Source: an uncultured delta proteobacterium (GTDB lineage: Bacteria > Desulfobacterota > Syntrophia > Syntrophales > UBA2185). From it: 64,000 bases of DNA. Positions 17,095-26,581 of the stretch are shown piece after piece. The notes beneath the pieces were generated by a model that searched no databases, was not told the origin of the DNA, and saw nothing but the letters and a program-made list of their open reading frames with translations. Positions within the stretch are counted from its first letter, which is position 1; each line of letters starts with the position of its first letter. The translations under genes and the position numbers were made by a program. The stretch covers positions 476,438 through 540,437 of the forward strand of contig OY970063.1 of NCBI GenBank assembly GCA_963705275.1, given 5' to 3'.

Positions 17095-18690
17095 TTACCT
17101 CCTGAACCATTCCTTAAACTTTAATAGAAAAGAAATCCAGCTTTTATTCCTGACGTGTCCCACGATAACCGTTATGTTGTCCTTCCCGCCTTGTTCATTC
17201 GCCAGCTCCACCATGCTGTCACACACTGCCGCTGGATCTTTCGTTGACATGGCCAGAGGCAGCATATCGTCGTCGGAAACCATTGTCAAATCGAGCATGC
17301 CCTGTCCCTGGAAAGAAAGTCCAAGTATCTTATTCGTTTCGACACCATCAGCCTCGATGCGCTCTCTCGCCTCTTCTGTAAAAAAGTACCCCTTTGTAAC
17401 CACCAAAGTATAGCCGATCAGGATGAGGAGGGACGGATGAACAAGTTTTACCCAGTATCTGTAATTCATCAAAAGATACATCCCCGCTCCGATCCATGCC
17501 AAGAGAATGATCAACGATACAAGGGCGCTGATCCTAATCTTCAGCCTGGGTATAATCAATGCGAGAAACAAACCAAAGAAAACGATAACCCCTATTTCCA
17601 AGGGGAATGCCCAGGCCGGACGTACAATATAATTACCCGAGAGGATATTGTCGGCAACATTGGCAATGATACCCCAGGATGGAACATTTGGTCCAACAGG
17701 CGTAGCCTGTAGGGCGCCGAGGCCGATTGCGCTCTGCGTAATAATAACAATTCTATCTTTAAACGCCTCCGGAGGTGCCTTGTTGCTGGCCACATCATAG
17801 AAAGAGAAATAGGGAAAGCTCCTGCTGAAGCTTATGAGCATCTCACCTTTGTCAGATGTGACGATGCTGTTATTTCCAAAATTCACTCCGCCAGAGACAC
17901 TCACATCTCTTATATCGTAGTTCAAATATTTCAAGGACAGCTGAAGCCCGAATGACGGGTATGCCCGCCCTTCGTAATATACCACTAGAGGTTCACTCCT
18001 TACAGTTCCGTCAGCATCCGGAATAATATTGATATGCCCAAGAGCCAACGCTTTCATGGCAAAGTCAGGAATCGGCGGCACGATCTCTCTTGCCGATATG
18101 CTTACCTCCTGAGACGCTACGGGCACAGAATTCTGTTTCAGATAATCCGGAATTTCAGATACTTTGCTCCCCACAGGATTGCCCAGGATGAAGACCAGGG
18201 GCAATACAACTTTATTGCTCTCTCCGATGGCTGCACCCAGTATTGCGTCATTATCAAGTTTCTTTTCTGTCTCCTTCAGCCAGGAGTAGATGCTGTTAAC
18301 GTGGGCATCTTTCAGTACGCTGGCATTAGTCTCTATATTCTTGAGAATATCGCGCACCTCAGTCAGCCCTTGATTCATATCATTTTCAGAATAGATTACA
18401 TTTACTCCTATTACCTTTGCTTCACACTTGTTGAGAAATTCTACCATCCGTGCTATATAGCCACGGGGCCACGGCCATCTGCCCATATTGGCGATACTCT
18501 CATCATCCACTGCTACAATCACAATGGGGGCATTTGAAACCTGCTCCTTCAAGTTGCAAACTGCGTCGTAGACCTTGTATTCTAAGTATTTCGTAGGCAT
18601 CCATTCAAAGTAAAAAGCGGCGATCGTCAGGACTGTAAGAATTACCCCGATTATAATATCTGTAATCACTGATCCCATTAACTTGTTCAT
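17095..18690 (-). CDS. CHASE2 sensor membrane protein ending in a PP2C-phosphatase C-terminal remnant
   Basis: The CHASE2 signature VIVAVDDESIANMGRWPWPRGYIA is present, followed by 3-4 TM helices. The tail MVSDDDMLPLAMSTKDPAAVCDSMVELANEQGGKDNITVIVGHV equals the last motifs of PP2C. I prefer the start at ATG 18690 (GAGGG SD); the ORF extends to 18747. Confidence 0.8.
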   Translation of the reverse strand: MNKLMGSVITDIIIGVILTVLTIAAFYFEWMPTKYLEYKVYDAVCNLKEQVSNAPIVIVAVDDESIANMGRWPWPRGYIARMVEFLNKCEAKVIGVNVIYSENDMNQGLTEVRDILKNIETNASVLKDAHVNSIYSWLKETEKKLDNDAILGAAIGESNKVVLPLVFILGNPVGSKVSEIPDYLKQNSVPVASQEVSISAREIVPPIPDFAMKALALGHINIIPDADGTVRSEPLVVYYEGRAYPSFGLQLSLKYLNYDIRDVSVSGGVNFGNNSIVTSDKGEMLISFSRSFPYFSFYDVASNKAPPEAFKDRIVIITQSAIGLGALQATPVGPNVPSWGIIANVADNILSGNYIVRPAWAFPLEIGVIVFFGLFLALIIPRLKIRISALVSLIILLAWIGAGMYLLMNYRYWVKLVHPSLLILIGYTLVVTKGYFFTEEARERIEADGVETNKILGLSFQGQGMLDLTMVSDDDMLPLAMSTKDPAAVCDSMVELANEQGGKDNITVIVGHVRNKSWISFLLKFKEWFRR

Positions 18691-18743
18691 ATATTCCCTC
18701 GTTACTGACAGAAAAGATACGCCTAGCCGCTCACCCGTTGTTA

Positions 18744-18950
18744 TCACCTGACGCCAGTGCCCTTAGAATTCGGCACATAATATATCATATTTCTTACCAG
18801 AGTATCGGGCAAATCCCAGAAAGTATTTCCATAAATGAAAAATCTCTCATACTTAATCTTGCATATCACGAAGAGATCCCCCTCTGGGGTTTGAAACTTA
18901 TATGTTGTGTTGAGAACAACCTCGGCGTCAACAATAACCGCCGCGTCCAA
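18744..18950 (-). CDS. hypothetical small protein (about 68 aa, TTG start uncertain)
   Basis: An open frame sits in the 415-nt gap between the RND gene and the CHASE2 gene. The codon usage looks plausible. There is no SD, no ATG and no recognised family. Confidence 0.25.
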   Translation of the reverse strand: MDAAVIVDAEVVLNTTYKFQTPEGDLFVICKIKYERFFIYGNTFWDLPDTLVRNMIYYVPNSKGTGVR

Positions 18951-19105
18951 TATCAGTGTCTTGAACCGGCAGACCCGTCATTCCGTGATTATGCTTTGCT
19001 CTTCGCCATGTCAATTTCTGTAGAGACGCGCATGTCCCCTGAGAATGCTCTGGTAAGTAGGCAGTCCAAACTGCCGTACTTGGTTTTGGGAAATGGAAGA
19101 CTGGA

Positions 19106-22100
19106 TCAAGCTTCGCCACGAAAACGGCGCAAATATCTCCGCACCATCTTCTGGAATGAATCAAGATAGATATATATGACGGGAGAAATGTATAGGGTCA
19201 CAATCTGCGAAAATACGAGACCTCCGACGACCGCCATTCCCAGTGGTCGCCGCGATTCGGCGCCTGCGCCCAATCCGAGAGCAATGGGCAATGTTGCCAT
19301 GAGAGCCGACATGGTTGTCATCATGATCGGACGGAACCGAATGAGAGCACCCTGAAAGATTGCTTCCTCCGGCGTCTTGCCTTCCTTCCTTTCCGCATCC
19401 AAAGCAAAATCAATCATCATGATCGCATTCTTCTTGACAATACCTATCAGCATGATGACCCCCACCAGGGCGTACAGATTTAGATCAATGTGGAATATCA
19501 GCAGCGTCAGAAGCGCCCCGAGTCCCGCAGAAGGCAGTCCCGAAAGTATGGTAATGGGATGGATGTAGCTCTCGTAAAGAATGCCGAGCACGATGTATAT
19601 TACCAGGATGGCTACGAGGATCAGTATCCCCAGCCCCGCCATGGATGACTTGAAGGCCTGGGCTGTCCCCTGCAAACTGCCGGTTATCGTCGCGGGAAGC
19701 ACCTCCCTCGACGTCTTCTCCACCCCACCCACGGCATCGCCAAGCGATTTCCCGAGTGCCAGATTGAAGGAAACCGTCACAGCCGGCAACTGGCCGAGGT
19801 GATTAACGGTAAGGGGACCCACGGTTCGCTCCAAGGCCGCCACTGTGCTCAAGGGAACGAGGTTTCCGGAAGAGGATCGGATGTAAAGAAGGGAAAGCGC
19901 TGCGGGATCCATCTGGTACTCAGGCTCAAGTTCGATGATGACCCAGTACTGGTTTGTCGGCGCATAGATCGTCGAGACCTGGCGGGACGAGTATGCGCTT
20001 GAGAGGGCATCCTCGATCTGACCCGCGCTGATGCCCAGGGCTGAAGCTTTGTCCCTGTTTATCCTGACATATACCTGGGGGCTCTTTATCTGCAGGTCAC
20101 TCGTCACATCCAGAAAGCCCGGCAGCGCCCTCAGCTTTGCCTCCAGGACGGGGGCGTATTTGTAAAGCTCCCTGATGTCTGCGCTCTGGAGTGTATACTG
20201 GTATTGGCTCTTCGTCAGAAGCCCGCCGACATTTATGGGCGGCGGGTTTTGCATAAAGACCCTTATGCCCGGAACCGTGGCAAGCTTAGGTCTCATCTCC
20301 TGAATCACCTCATCCGCGCTTAACAAGCGTTCATTACGCGGTTTCAAGCGGATAAACATACGGCCTATGTTGGACGCTACCGTGCTGCCGACAGCACCCA
20401 CGCTTGACATGAAGCTACTGACGTTCGGGTCCTGTTGCACTATCTCGGCAAGCTTCTTTTGGTGCGCAACCAGCGATTGAAAGGATATATCCTCCGCTGC
20501 TTCCGTAAAGCAGAAAATTTGACCTGTGTCTTCACTGGGGAGAAATCCTTTTGGCGTGTAGAAATAGAGCCCGATAACAGCCACTAAGAATAAAATAGAA
20601 ACGAGCAGAGTCGTCCGCCTGTAATGTAAGGCCCACTTAAGGCTTATTTCATACGCACCGCGCATGCCTTCGAAGAACCGTTCGAAAATCTGGTAGAGAC
20701 GGCCATGCCTTACCTCCGCAGGAGGACGGAGAAAACGGCTGCAGAGCATAGGCGTCAATGTGAGTGATACAAATCCGGAGATGAGAACGGCGACAGAGAT
20801 AGTAACTGCAAACTCACGAAGCAGTCTTCCAACGATGCCTCCCATGAAGAGGACAGGAATAAAAACGGCAACGAGAGAAAGGGTCATGGAAAGTATGGTA
20901 AAGCTTATCTCGCGCGACCCTTTGAGGGCTGCCTCCATTACCCCTTCACCCTGCTCCATGTGTCGAACGATATTCTCCAGCATGACGATGGCGTCGTCGA
21001 CCACGAATCCAACGCACAGTGTAAGAGCCATCAGCGACAGGTTATCGAGGCTATAACCGCAAAGATACATTACAGCAAAGGTTCCTACGATTGACATCGG
21101 CAAGGCTAGGCTCGGGATGACTGTGGCGGAAAGGTTGCGGAGAAAGACAAAGATCACGATAATGACAAGACCCAGGGCTAAGAACAAGGTAAACTGAACG
21201 TCGTGAACCGAGTCTTTTATGGGCACGGATCGGTCAAAGAGGATATCGAGATTCACCGACGCCGGAAGGTCTGCACGGAAGCTCGGAAGAATGTTCTTAA
21301 TAGACTGCACGACCTCGATCGTATTGGTGCCCGGCTGGCGGAGTATGGCAAGTACAATGGCCCGGGTGCCGCTGTACCAAGCGGCGACCTTGTCGTTCTG
21401 GACGCTGTCGATGACATGTCCCAGTTCACCCAGCCTCACCGGCGACCCGCCGCGATATGCCACAATGAGCGGCCTGTAGGCCGCCGCATCATTTAGCTGG
21501 CCTGTGGCCTGTACTGTAAAGGCCTGGTGGGTTCCCCATAGGGTGCCTGTGGGAAGATTGACATTACCTGAGGCGATGGCACTTGCCACCTCATCAATAC
21601 CGATTCCTTTCGAAGCCAGAGCCTTAGGATCAAGACGGGCGCGTACGGCATACTTTTGCGCCCCATAGACCATCACTTCAGCCACGCCGCTGATCATGGA
21701 AATACGTTGTGCAAGAAGATTCTCCGCATATTCATCAACCGTCGAGAGGGGCAAAGTCGCCGTGCTCATGGCAAGGTAAAGTATCGGTTGATCGGCCGGG
21801 TTTACCTTCCGGAAGGTCGGCGGCGTCGGCATGTTTTGAGGGAGCTGGCTCGACGCCGTAGATATGGCGGTTTGGACGTCCTGCGCCGCCGCATCAATGC
21901 TCCTGCTCAGATTGAATTGCAGGGTAATCTTGGTGATGCCGATACCGTTCGTTGATGTCATGGAATCCAAACCGGCAATGGTCGAGAACTGCTTTTCAAG
22001 CGGTGTCGCAATGGCGGAAGCCATGGTTTCCGGGTTCGCTCCCGGTAGGTTGGCAGAAACAAGGATCGTAGGAAAGTCCACGTTGGGAAGATCGCTGACG

Positions 22101-22198
22101 GGGAGGGAACGGTAGGCAACTGCACCAAAGAGGAGTATCGCCGCCATGACGAGCGTTGTCATAATCGGACGGCGTATAAATATCTCTGAAAGATTCAT
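19106..22198 (-). CDS. RND efflux transporter, inner-membrane permease (AcrB/MdtC-like, HAE1)
   Basis: 1030 aa. The N-terminus MNLSEIFIRRPIMTTLVMAAILLFG is typical, and the 12-TM / two-large-loop architecture is evident. Confidence 0.95.
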   Translation of the reverse strand: MNLSEIFIRRPIMTTLVMAAILLFGAVAYRSLPVSDLPNVDFPTILVSANLPGANPETMASAIATPLEKQFSTIAGLDSMTSTNGIGITKITLQFNLSRSIDAAAQDVQTAISTASSQLPQNMPTPPTFRKVNPADQPILYLAMSTATLPLSTVDEYAENLLAQRISMISGVAEVMVYGAQKYAVRARLDPKALASKGIGIDEVASAIASGNVNLPTGTLWGTHQAFTVQATGQLNDAAAYRPLIVAYRGGSPVRLGELGHVIDSVQNDKVAAWYSGTRAIVLAILRQPGTNTIEVVQSIKNILPSFRADLPASVNLDILFDRSVPIKDSVHDVQFTLFLALGLVIIVIFVFLRNLSATVIPSLALPMSIVGTFAVMYLCGYSLDNLSLMALTLCVGFVVDDAIVMLENIVRHMEQGEGVMEAALKGSREISFTILSMTLSLVAVFIPVLFMGGIVGRLLREFAVTISVAVLISGFVSLTLTPMLCSRFLRPPAEVRHGRLYQIFERFFEGMRGAYEISLKWALHYRRTTLLVSILFLVAVIGLYFYTPKGFLPSEDTGQIFCFTEAAEDISFQSLVAHQKKLAEIVQQDPNVSSFMSSVGAVGSTVASNIGRMFIRLKPRNERLLSADEVIQEMRPKLATVPGIRVFMQNPPPINVGGLLTKSQYQYTLQSADIRELYKYAPVLEAKLRALPGFLDVTSDLQIKSPQVYVRINRDKASALGISAGQIEDALSSAYSSRQVSTIYAPTNQYWVIIELEPEYQMDPAALSLLYIRSSSGNLVPLSTVAALERTVGPLTVNHLGQLPAVTVSFNLALGKSLGDAVGGVEKTSREVLPATITGSLQGTAQAFKSSMAGLGILILVAILVIYIVLGILYESYIHPITILSGLPSAGLGALLTLLIFHIDLNLYALVGVIMLIGIVKKNAIMMIDFALDAERKEGKTPEEAIFQGALIRFRPIMMTTMSALMATLPIALGLGAGAESRRPLGMAVVGGLVFSQIVTLYISPVIYIYLDSFQKMVRRYLRRFRGEA

Positions 22199-22220
22199 AT
22201 AGGCCCTTCCCAGTATTTAA

Positions 22221-23339
22221 TCAAGGCGCCTCTTTAATCGTCACTTGAGTCCCCGGTATGATCCGCAACTGGCCATCCGTAACTACCTGCTCTCCCGCTT
22301 GGATCCCTTTCACTATGGCAGTTTCTCCGCCAATCGTGGCTCCTATGGTGACAGGTCTCATCTCCGCTGTGAGATCCGGCTTGACGACAAAGACATATTG
22401 TCCTGATTGACCTGTCTGGATGGCTTGTGCGGGAACTATTATTGCGTGGGGCTCCTTTCTTAGTGTCAGAACTACAGTTACGAACTGCCCGGGCCAAAGG
22501 CGCTTATCACTGTTGGCAAAAGTTCCCTTAAGGGTGATAGTCCCCGTTACTTTATTTACAGCATTGTCTATGAAGGTGAGTAACCCCTGCTCTGGGCGTT
22601 CATCTTTGGAGATAGCGGCTTGCACTCTGAGTTTTTCAATCGCCTGGTATTTCTTAACTGCCGGCAAATCATTTTCGTTGATGGTGAATGTGACATAGAT
22701 GGGCTGTATCTGGTTGATGACAACCACTTCCACGTCATTGGCCTTGACGATGTTTCCCTGATGCAGCTTTAGTGATCCCGTCCGCCCGCCAATAGGGGAA
22801 TGAACAGTACAGTACCGGACCTGGACGCGATTATTCTCAATAACGGCCTTATCGGCCTTCAATGTAGCTTCCAAGGCGGCTGCGTTTGTCCGGACCTGGT
22901 CATACTGTTGCCTCGTGACAAATTGTTCCTCTAAAAGGGCAGTATACCTCTCCAAGTCCAGCTTGGCGTTTTTTGCTTGAGCCTCATCCCTTGCCAGATT
23001 GGCCTCTGCCTGCTTTACCGCCTCCACATACGAACGGCAGTCTAGTTCGAAGAGAAGATACCCCTTCCCAACGTCCTGGCCTTCCTTGAAGTTGACCTTT
23101 ATTATCTCTCCTGTAATTTGTGTTTTCACCGATATGGTCTGATAAGGTTCGACATTACCGATTGCACTGATCTGCACGGGAATTGTCTTCTCCACTGCCG
23201 AAGCCACTATAACGGGCACGGGAGGGGGGGGCGGTTTTTCTTTTTTAGAGCAGCCATAAATTAGGCCGGCAGCGACATATAGGAGGATTAACCACCTTCC
23301 CAAGTTGACAACCAAACTTTTTGAAGAACCATCAGTCAT
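22221..23339 (-). CDS. RND efflux periplasmic adaptor (membrane fusion protein)
   Basis: Lipobox LIYGC is followed by a coiled-coil hairpin and beta-barrel regions typical of the HlyD/AcrA family. It lies 22 nt upstream of the RND gene. Confidence 0.9.
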   Translation of the reverse strand: MTDGSSKSLVVNLGRWLILLYVAAGLIYGCSKKEKPPPPPVPVIVASAVEKTIPVQISAIGNVEPYQTISVKTQITGEIIKVNFKEGQDVGKGYLLFELDCRSYVEAVKQAEANLARDEAQAKNAKLDLERYTALLEEQFVTRQQYDQVRTNAAALEATLKADKAVIENNRVQVRYCTVHSPIGGRTGSLKLHQGNIVKANDVEVVVINQIQPIYVTFTINENDLPAVKKYQAIEKLRVQAAISKDERPEQGLLTFIDNAVNKVTGTITLKGTFANSDKRLWPGQFVTVVLTLRKEPHAIIVPAQAIQTGQSGQYVFVVKPDLTAEMRPVTIGATIGGETAIVKGIQAGEQVVTDGQLRIIPGTQVTIKEAP

Positions 23340-23482
23340 ATTGTTTTTTCCTATCTTGCCTCATATTTATTATTCGCCGCCTTACCACATGTAATATAAG
23401 AATTGTCTTTCGCAGAGCCCCTGCGGCAATCTCTTCTTGATTTACATTGGCTGACAAATTCGCTAAACGAATTTATTGATTC

Positions 23483-24796
23483 TCACGACTGGTCACCCAT
23501 GACTGCTTTCAGAAGTGTTCCCGTTGCTTTTTTCATCTTTAAGATGGCAAGCTGATAATTATAAACTGCCTCTGCCAGATTCCTTTCTGCTGTGACGAGC
23601 AATGTATTCGCATCCATTACATCAAGGCTTTGTGCCAAGCCAAATTCAAACTGCTTGGAGACCGCATTGAAATTGTCCCTGGCATAGACAACCTGGTCTT
23701 CCAGATATTTGAGGGTCCCCTTTTGCGTTACAAGGTCGAGATATGCACCTGCCACCTCAATTCCCACAGACTTTTTAAAGTCTTCGTAGGCAAGCGCAGA
23801 TTGTCGCTCCCTTGCACGAGCCTCTCTGACATCCGCCCTTCTCAGGCCCCCCTCAAAAAAAGGGAAGTTCAATGACAGGAGCCCATAAGTGGTGTCTCTC
23901 ACCAGTGTCTGTGTTCCCGGCGACTGGTCGGCGGATGAGTAGACTCCGGACGCGGACAGCGTCGGCCAGAAAGCGCCCTTCGTATATTTGACCTGATCCT
24001 CCGCCATCTTCTTTTGTATCTCAAGACTCTTGAGATCTGCCCTCCCAGAGAAGGCCATCTCCCGGAAAGAAGATTCAGGAGTAACTTTCATGTCCTCCGG
24101 GGGCGCTTCTTTTAGTTGAAAATCTCCTTCGATACCTACAGTCCTTGCAAGAACGGCCTTTGCAAGTTCCAGCGCATTTACTGCCTTAATAGCATCAGAT
24201 TGAGCACCAGAAAGCTCCCCCTGAGCTCGCAGCAGGACTGTTTTTGTCACCTCCCCGACCTTCAGACGCTTTTCCGCGGCATTTCTATATTTGATAAGCC
24301 TCTCCAAATTCGACTCAGCGATGTCGAGTGCTTTTTTGGCCTTCATAACATCATAGTACGCAGATGCGATGCTCAATAAGTAACCTTCCCTAGTGGCATA
24401 AAGGTCATGCTGACTCTTTAAGATGTTCTCCCTTGAGATGCCGAGTGCCGTAAGTTCTCTTCCGCTCAACGACAAGGACTCATCAGCCCGCACGCCCCAG
24501 GAGGTTGCACTATCAGGCTGAAGAAGCGTGCCCGTATCATTATATTTCTCGGCGCTATATTTCGTGTAATTGCCAAACGCTGATAATTTGGGGAGCAACA
24601 ATGACATGGCCTTGTCTTTGCCTGTCTTAGCTATATTCAGGTCCTCTTCCGACAGCTTAATCCTCTCGGCGCGTTCAAGGGCGATATGATAGAGTTCCTC
24701 AAGAGAATATTCTTCAGCCTGCACGCAGACTGGCACTATCGCTACATTCACGGCCAGTAAAATACCGACCACTAAAGAAAGCCGCCAAACGTTCAT
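23483..24796 (-). CDS. TolC-family outer membrane efflux protein
   Basis: Two OEP repeats are present, with a signal-like start MNVWRLSLVVGILLAVNVA. ATG 24796 overlaps the tetR stop (ATGA). Confidence 0.85.
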   Translation of the reverse strand: MNVWRLSLVVGILLAVNVAIVPVCVQAEEYSLEELYHIALERAERIKLSEEDLNIAKTGKDKAMSLLLPKLSAFGNYTKYSAEKYNDTGTLLQPDSATSWGVRADESLSLSGRELTALGISRENILKSQHDLYATREGYLLSIASAYYDVMKAKKALDIAESNLERLIKYRNAAEKRLKVGEVTKTVLLRAQGELSGAQSDAIKAVNALELAKAVLARTVGIEGDFQLKEAPPEDMKVTPESSFREMAFSGRADLKSLEIQKKMAEDQVKYTKGAFWPTLSASGVYSSADQSPGTQTLVRDTTYGLLSLNFPFFEGGLRRADVREARARERQSALAYEDFKKSVGIEVAGAYLDLVTQKGTLKYLEDQVVYARDNFNAVSKQFEFGLAQSLDVMDANTLLVTAERNLAEAVYNYQLAILKMKKATGTLLKAVMGDQS

Positions 24797-25416
24797 TCCG
24801 TCAACTCCAGACCCACTCCTTTGAGAAATATATCCGAAACGCAACCCACCTTGTCACTCAAAGGGATATCCTGATTTGTAAGCATCCAATAATAAAAGAA
24901 TGACCGAATGATGCCCAAGAGCGTGTAGGCCATCATCCGCGGATCCCAACTCTTCAACGTTTTTGTCTCCGTCCCGAAGCGCATGATGCTTTCCACAAAT
25001 CCGACGTGGTTAAAGTAGTCAGCTATTATTTTATCCCTCAGAATCGTCCCCTTATCTGAGAGAGTTAATCCTTCGCCTCGTATAAGAAGGTCGCAGAAAT
25101 CGACGTTATTTTCTACGAAATGAAAATGTGCTTCCACTAATTTTTTGATTTTGTCGATCACTTTATCTTGTCTATTTACCGACTCTCTGATTTCAAGATA
25201 CATCCTGTCCAGTTTCTCGCTCACCATTACATTGTACAGATTCTCCTTGCCATCAAAGAACTGATACAGCGTGCCTGTGGCAAAACCGGATGCGCTGGCA
25301 ATCTCTGCCATCGTGGCATTATGAAATCCTTTTGCAGCAAATATCTTCTCTGCCTGACCAAGAATTTCAGTTCTTCGGACCTGAAATTCCATCTCTTTTC
25401 TTTTTGATTTTTCCAT
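24793..25416 (-). CDS. TetR/AcrR-family transcriptional regulator
   Basis: The N-terminal HTH reads ...ILGQAEKIFAAKGFHNATMAEIASASGFATGTLYQFF. An alternative TTG start lies at 25434. Confidence 0.85.
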   Translation of the reverse strand: MEKSKRKEMEFQVRRTEILGQAEKIFAAKGFHNATMAEIASASGFATGTLYQFFDGKENLYNVMVSEKLDRMYLEIRESVNRQDKVIDKIKKLVEAHFHFVENNVDFCDLLIRGEGLTLSDKGTILRDKIIADYFNHVGFVESIMRFGTETKTLKSWDPRMMAYTLLGIIRSFFYYWMLTNQDIPLSDKVGCVSDIFLKGVGLELTE

Positions 25417-25449
25417 TTTCGGGCCGATATTCAAATTATAGAATGACTG

Positions 25450-25483
25450 TTCATATTATGAATTGTCGCTCATAATGATATGA
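25450..25483. promoter_or_regulatory. nested palindromes in the tetR / znuA divergent intergenic region (candidate TetR operator or Zur/Fur-type box)
   Basis: The palindromes are TTCATA-T-TATGAA (25450-25462), ATTATGA-N8-TCATAAT (25455-25476) and TCATA-ATGA-TATGA (25470-25483). Confidence 0.4.
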
Positions 25484-25642
25484 ATTATCCGCCTTGTCAA
25501 GAAAAATCGTCCGCGCGCCGCAGCAGAAAATTGAAAGGGATTGTATTGTTGTGTTAAAAAAACTATGTTAGAAGAAACCGCTGATCACTGGACAAGGAAT
25601 TGTGAGAATATTGGATTTTCATAAAGCGCAAATTGGAGACAT

Positions 25643-26581
25643 ATGAAAAGGGCGTATTTACCCATTTTAGCAATTACGATCATTGCACTGACCCTTTTTC
25701 CATCCTGTCAAAGAAATGAAAAAGTGACGATAGATCACAAAAAACTCAGGGTGGTAACAACCCTATTCCCACTCTACGATTTTGCCAAACATATCGGGCG
25801 GGAAAAAGTTGAAGTAAACTTACTGCTCCCGCCGGGGGTTGAGTCTCATGCATTTGAACCGCGGCCGGCCGATATAAGACGCATCCAGGATTCGGATATT
25901 TTTCTTTTCACCAACAAAGCCATGGAACCATGGGTTGGAGGCCTCTTAAAGGGCATCGATATCAGAAGCCTCGCCATTGTCGACACAAGCAACGGCATCA
26001 CCCTGTTACAAAGAACGAGTGACCATGCCGATGCGGATGAAGCCGGTAGTCCTGATCCCCACATCTGGCTTGATTTTTCTAATGCGATAAAAATGGTGGA
26101 GACAATAGCCGCCGAATTTATTGCCAAAGATCCAGAAAACAAAGATTTCTATATGAAAAACTCTTATGAATACAAGAAAGGGCTTGAGGAACTCGACAAA
26201 AAGTATAAAAATACATTAGCGAATTGCAGAAACAGAGTAATCATCCATGCGGGGCACTTCGCTTTCGGTTACCTTACAAAAAAGTATGGCATTGAGTATG
26301 TGTCAGCGTATAAAGGTTTTTCTCCAGATGCAGAGCCAACACCTAAGAGACTTGTTGAAATTACCAAGAATGTAAGAAGGTACGGTGTCAAATACATATA
26401 TTATGAGGAACTTGTAGCTCCAAAGGTGGCAAACGTCATAGCCAAAGAAACGGGGTGTGGCTTGCTGATGCTTCATGGTGCCCACAATGTGACAAAGGAA
26501 GAAATGGAAGGCGGGGTTACATTTATTTCGCTGATGGAAAGAAATTTGGAAAATCTTAAGATGGGATTGCAATGCCAGTAG
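25643..26581 (+). CDS. znuA: metal (probably zinc) ABC transporter substrate-binding protein
   Basis: Lipoprotein-like N-terminus (LFPSC). It shows ZnuA/TroA family features and an acidic/His loop (SDHADADEAGSPDPHIW). It is followed by ATPase and permease genes. Confidence 0.75.
   Translation: MKRAYLPILAITIIALTLFPSCQRNEKVTIDHKKLRVVTTLFPLYDFAKHIGREKVEVNLLLPPGVESHAFEPRPADIRRIQDSDIFLFTNKAMEPWVGGLLKGIDIRSLAIVDTSNGITLLQRTSDHADADEAGSPDPHIWLDFSNAIKMVETIAAEFIAKDPENKDFYMKNSYEYKKGLEELDKKYKNTLANCRNRVIIHAGHFAFGYLTKKYGIEYVSAYKGFSPDAEPTPKRLVEITKNVRRYGVKYIYYEELVAPKVANVIAKETGCGLLMLHGAHNVTKEEMEGGVTFISLMERNLENLKMGLQCQ

Noticed and set aside
19377-22115. Many 60-100 aa ORFs on the plus strand inside the RND permease gene (for example 20760-21056, 21203-21496, 21656-21955).
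   Set aside because: They lie antisense to a 1030-aa gene with an unmistakable AcrB-like translation. Their own translations are low-complexity and Arg/Pro/Ser-rich, which is typical of shadow ORFs in a more GC-rich gene.
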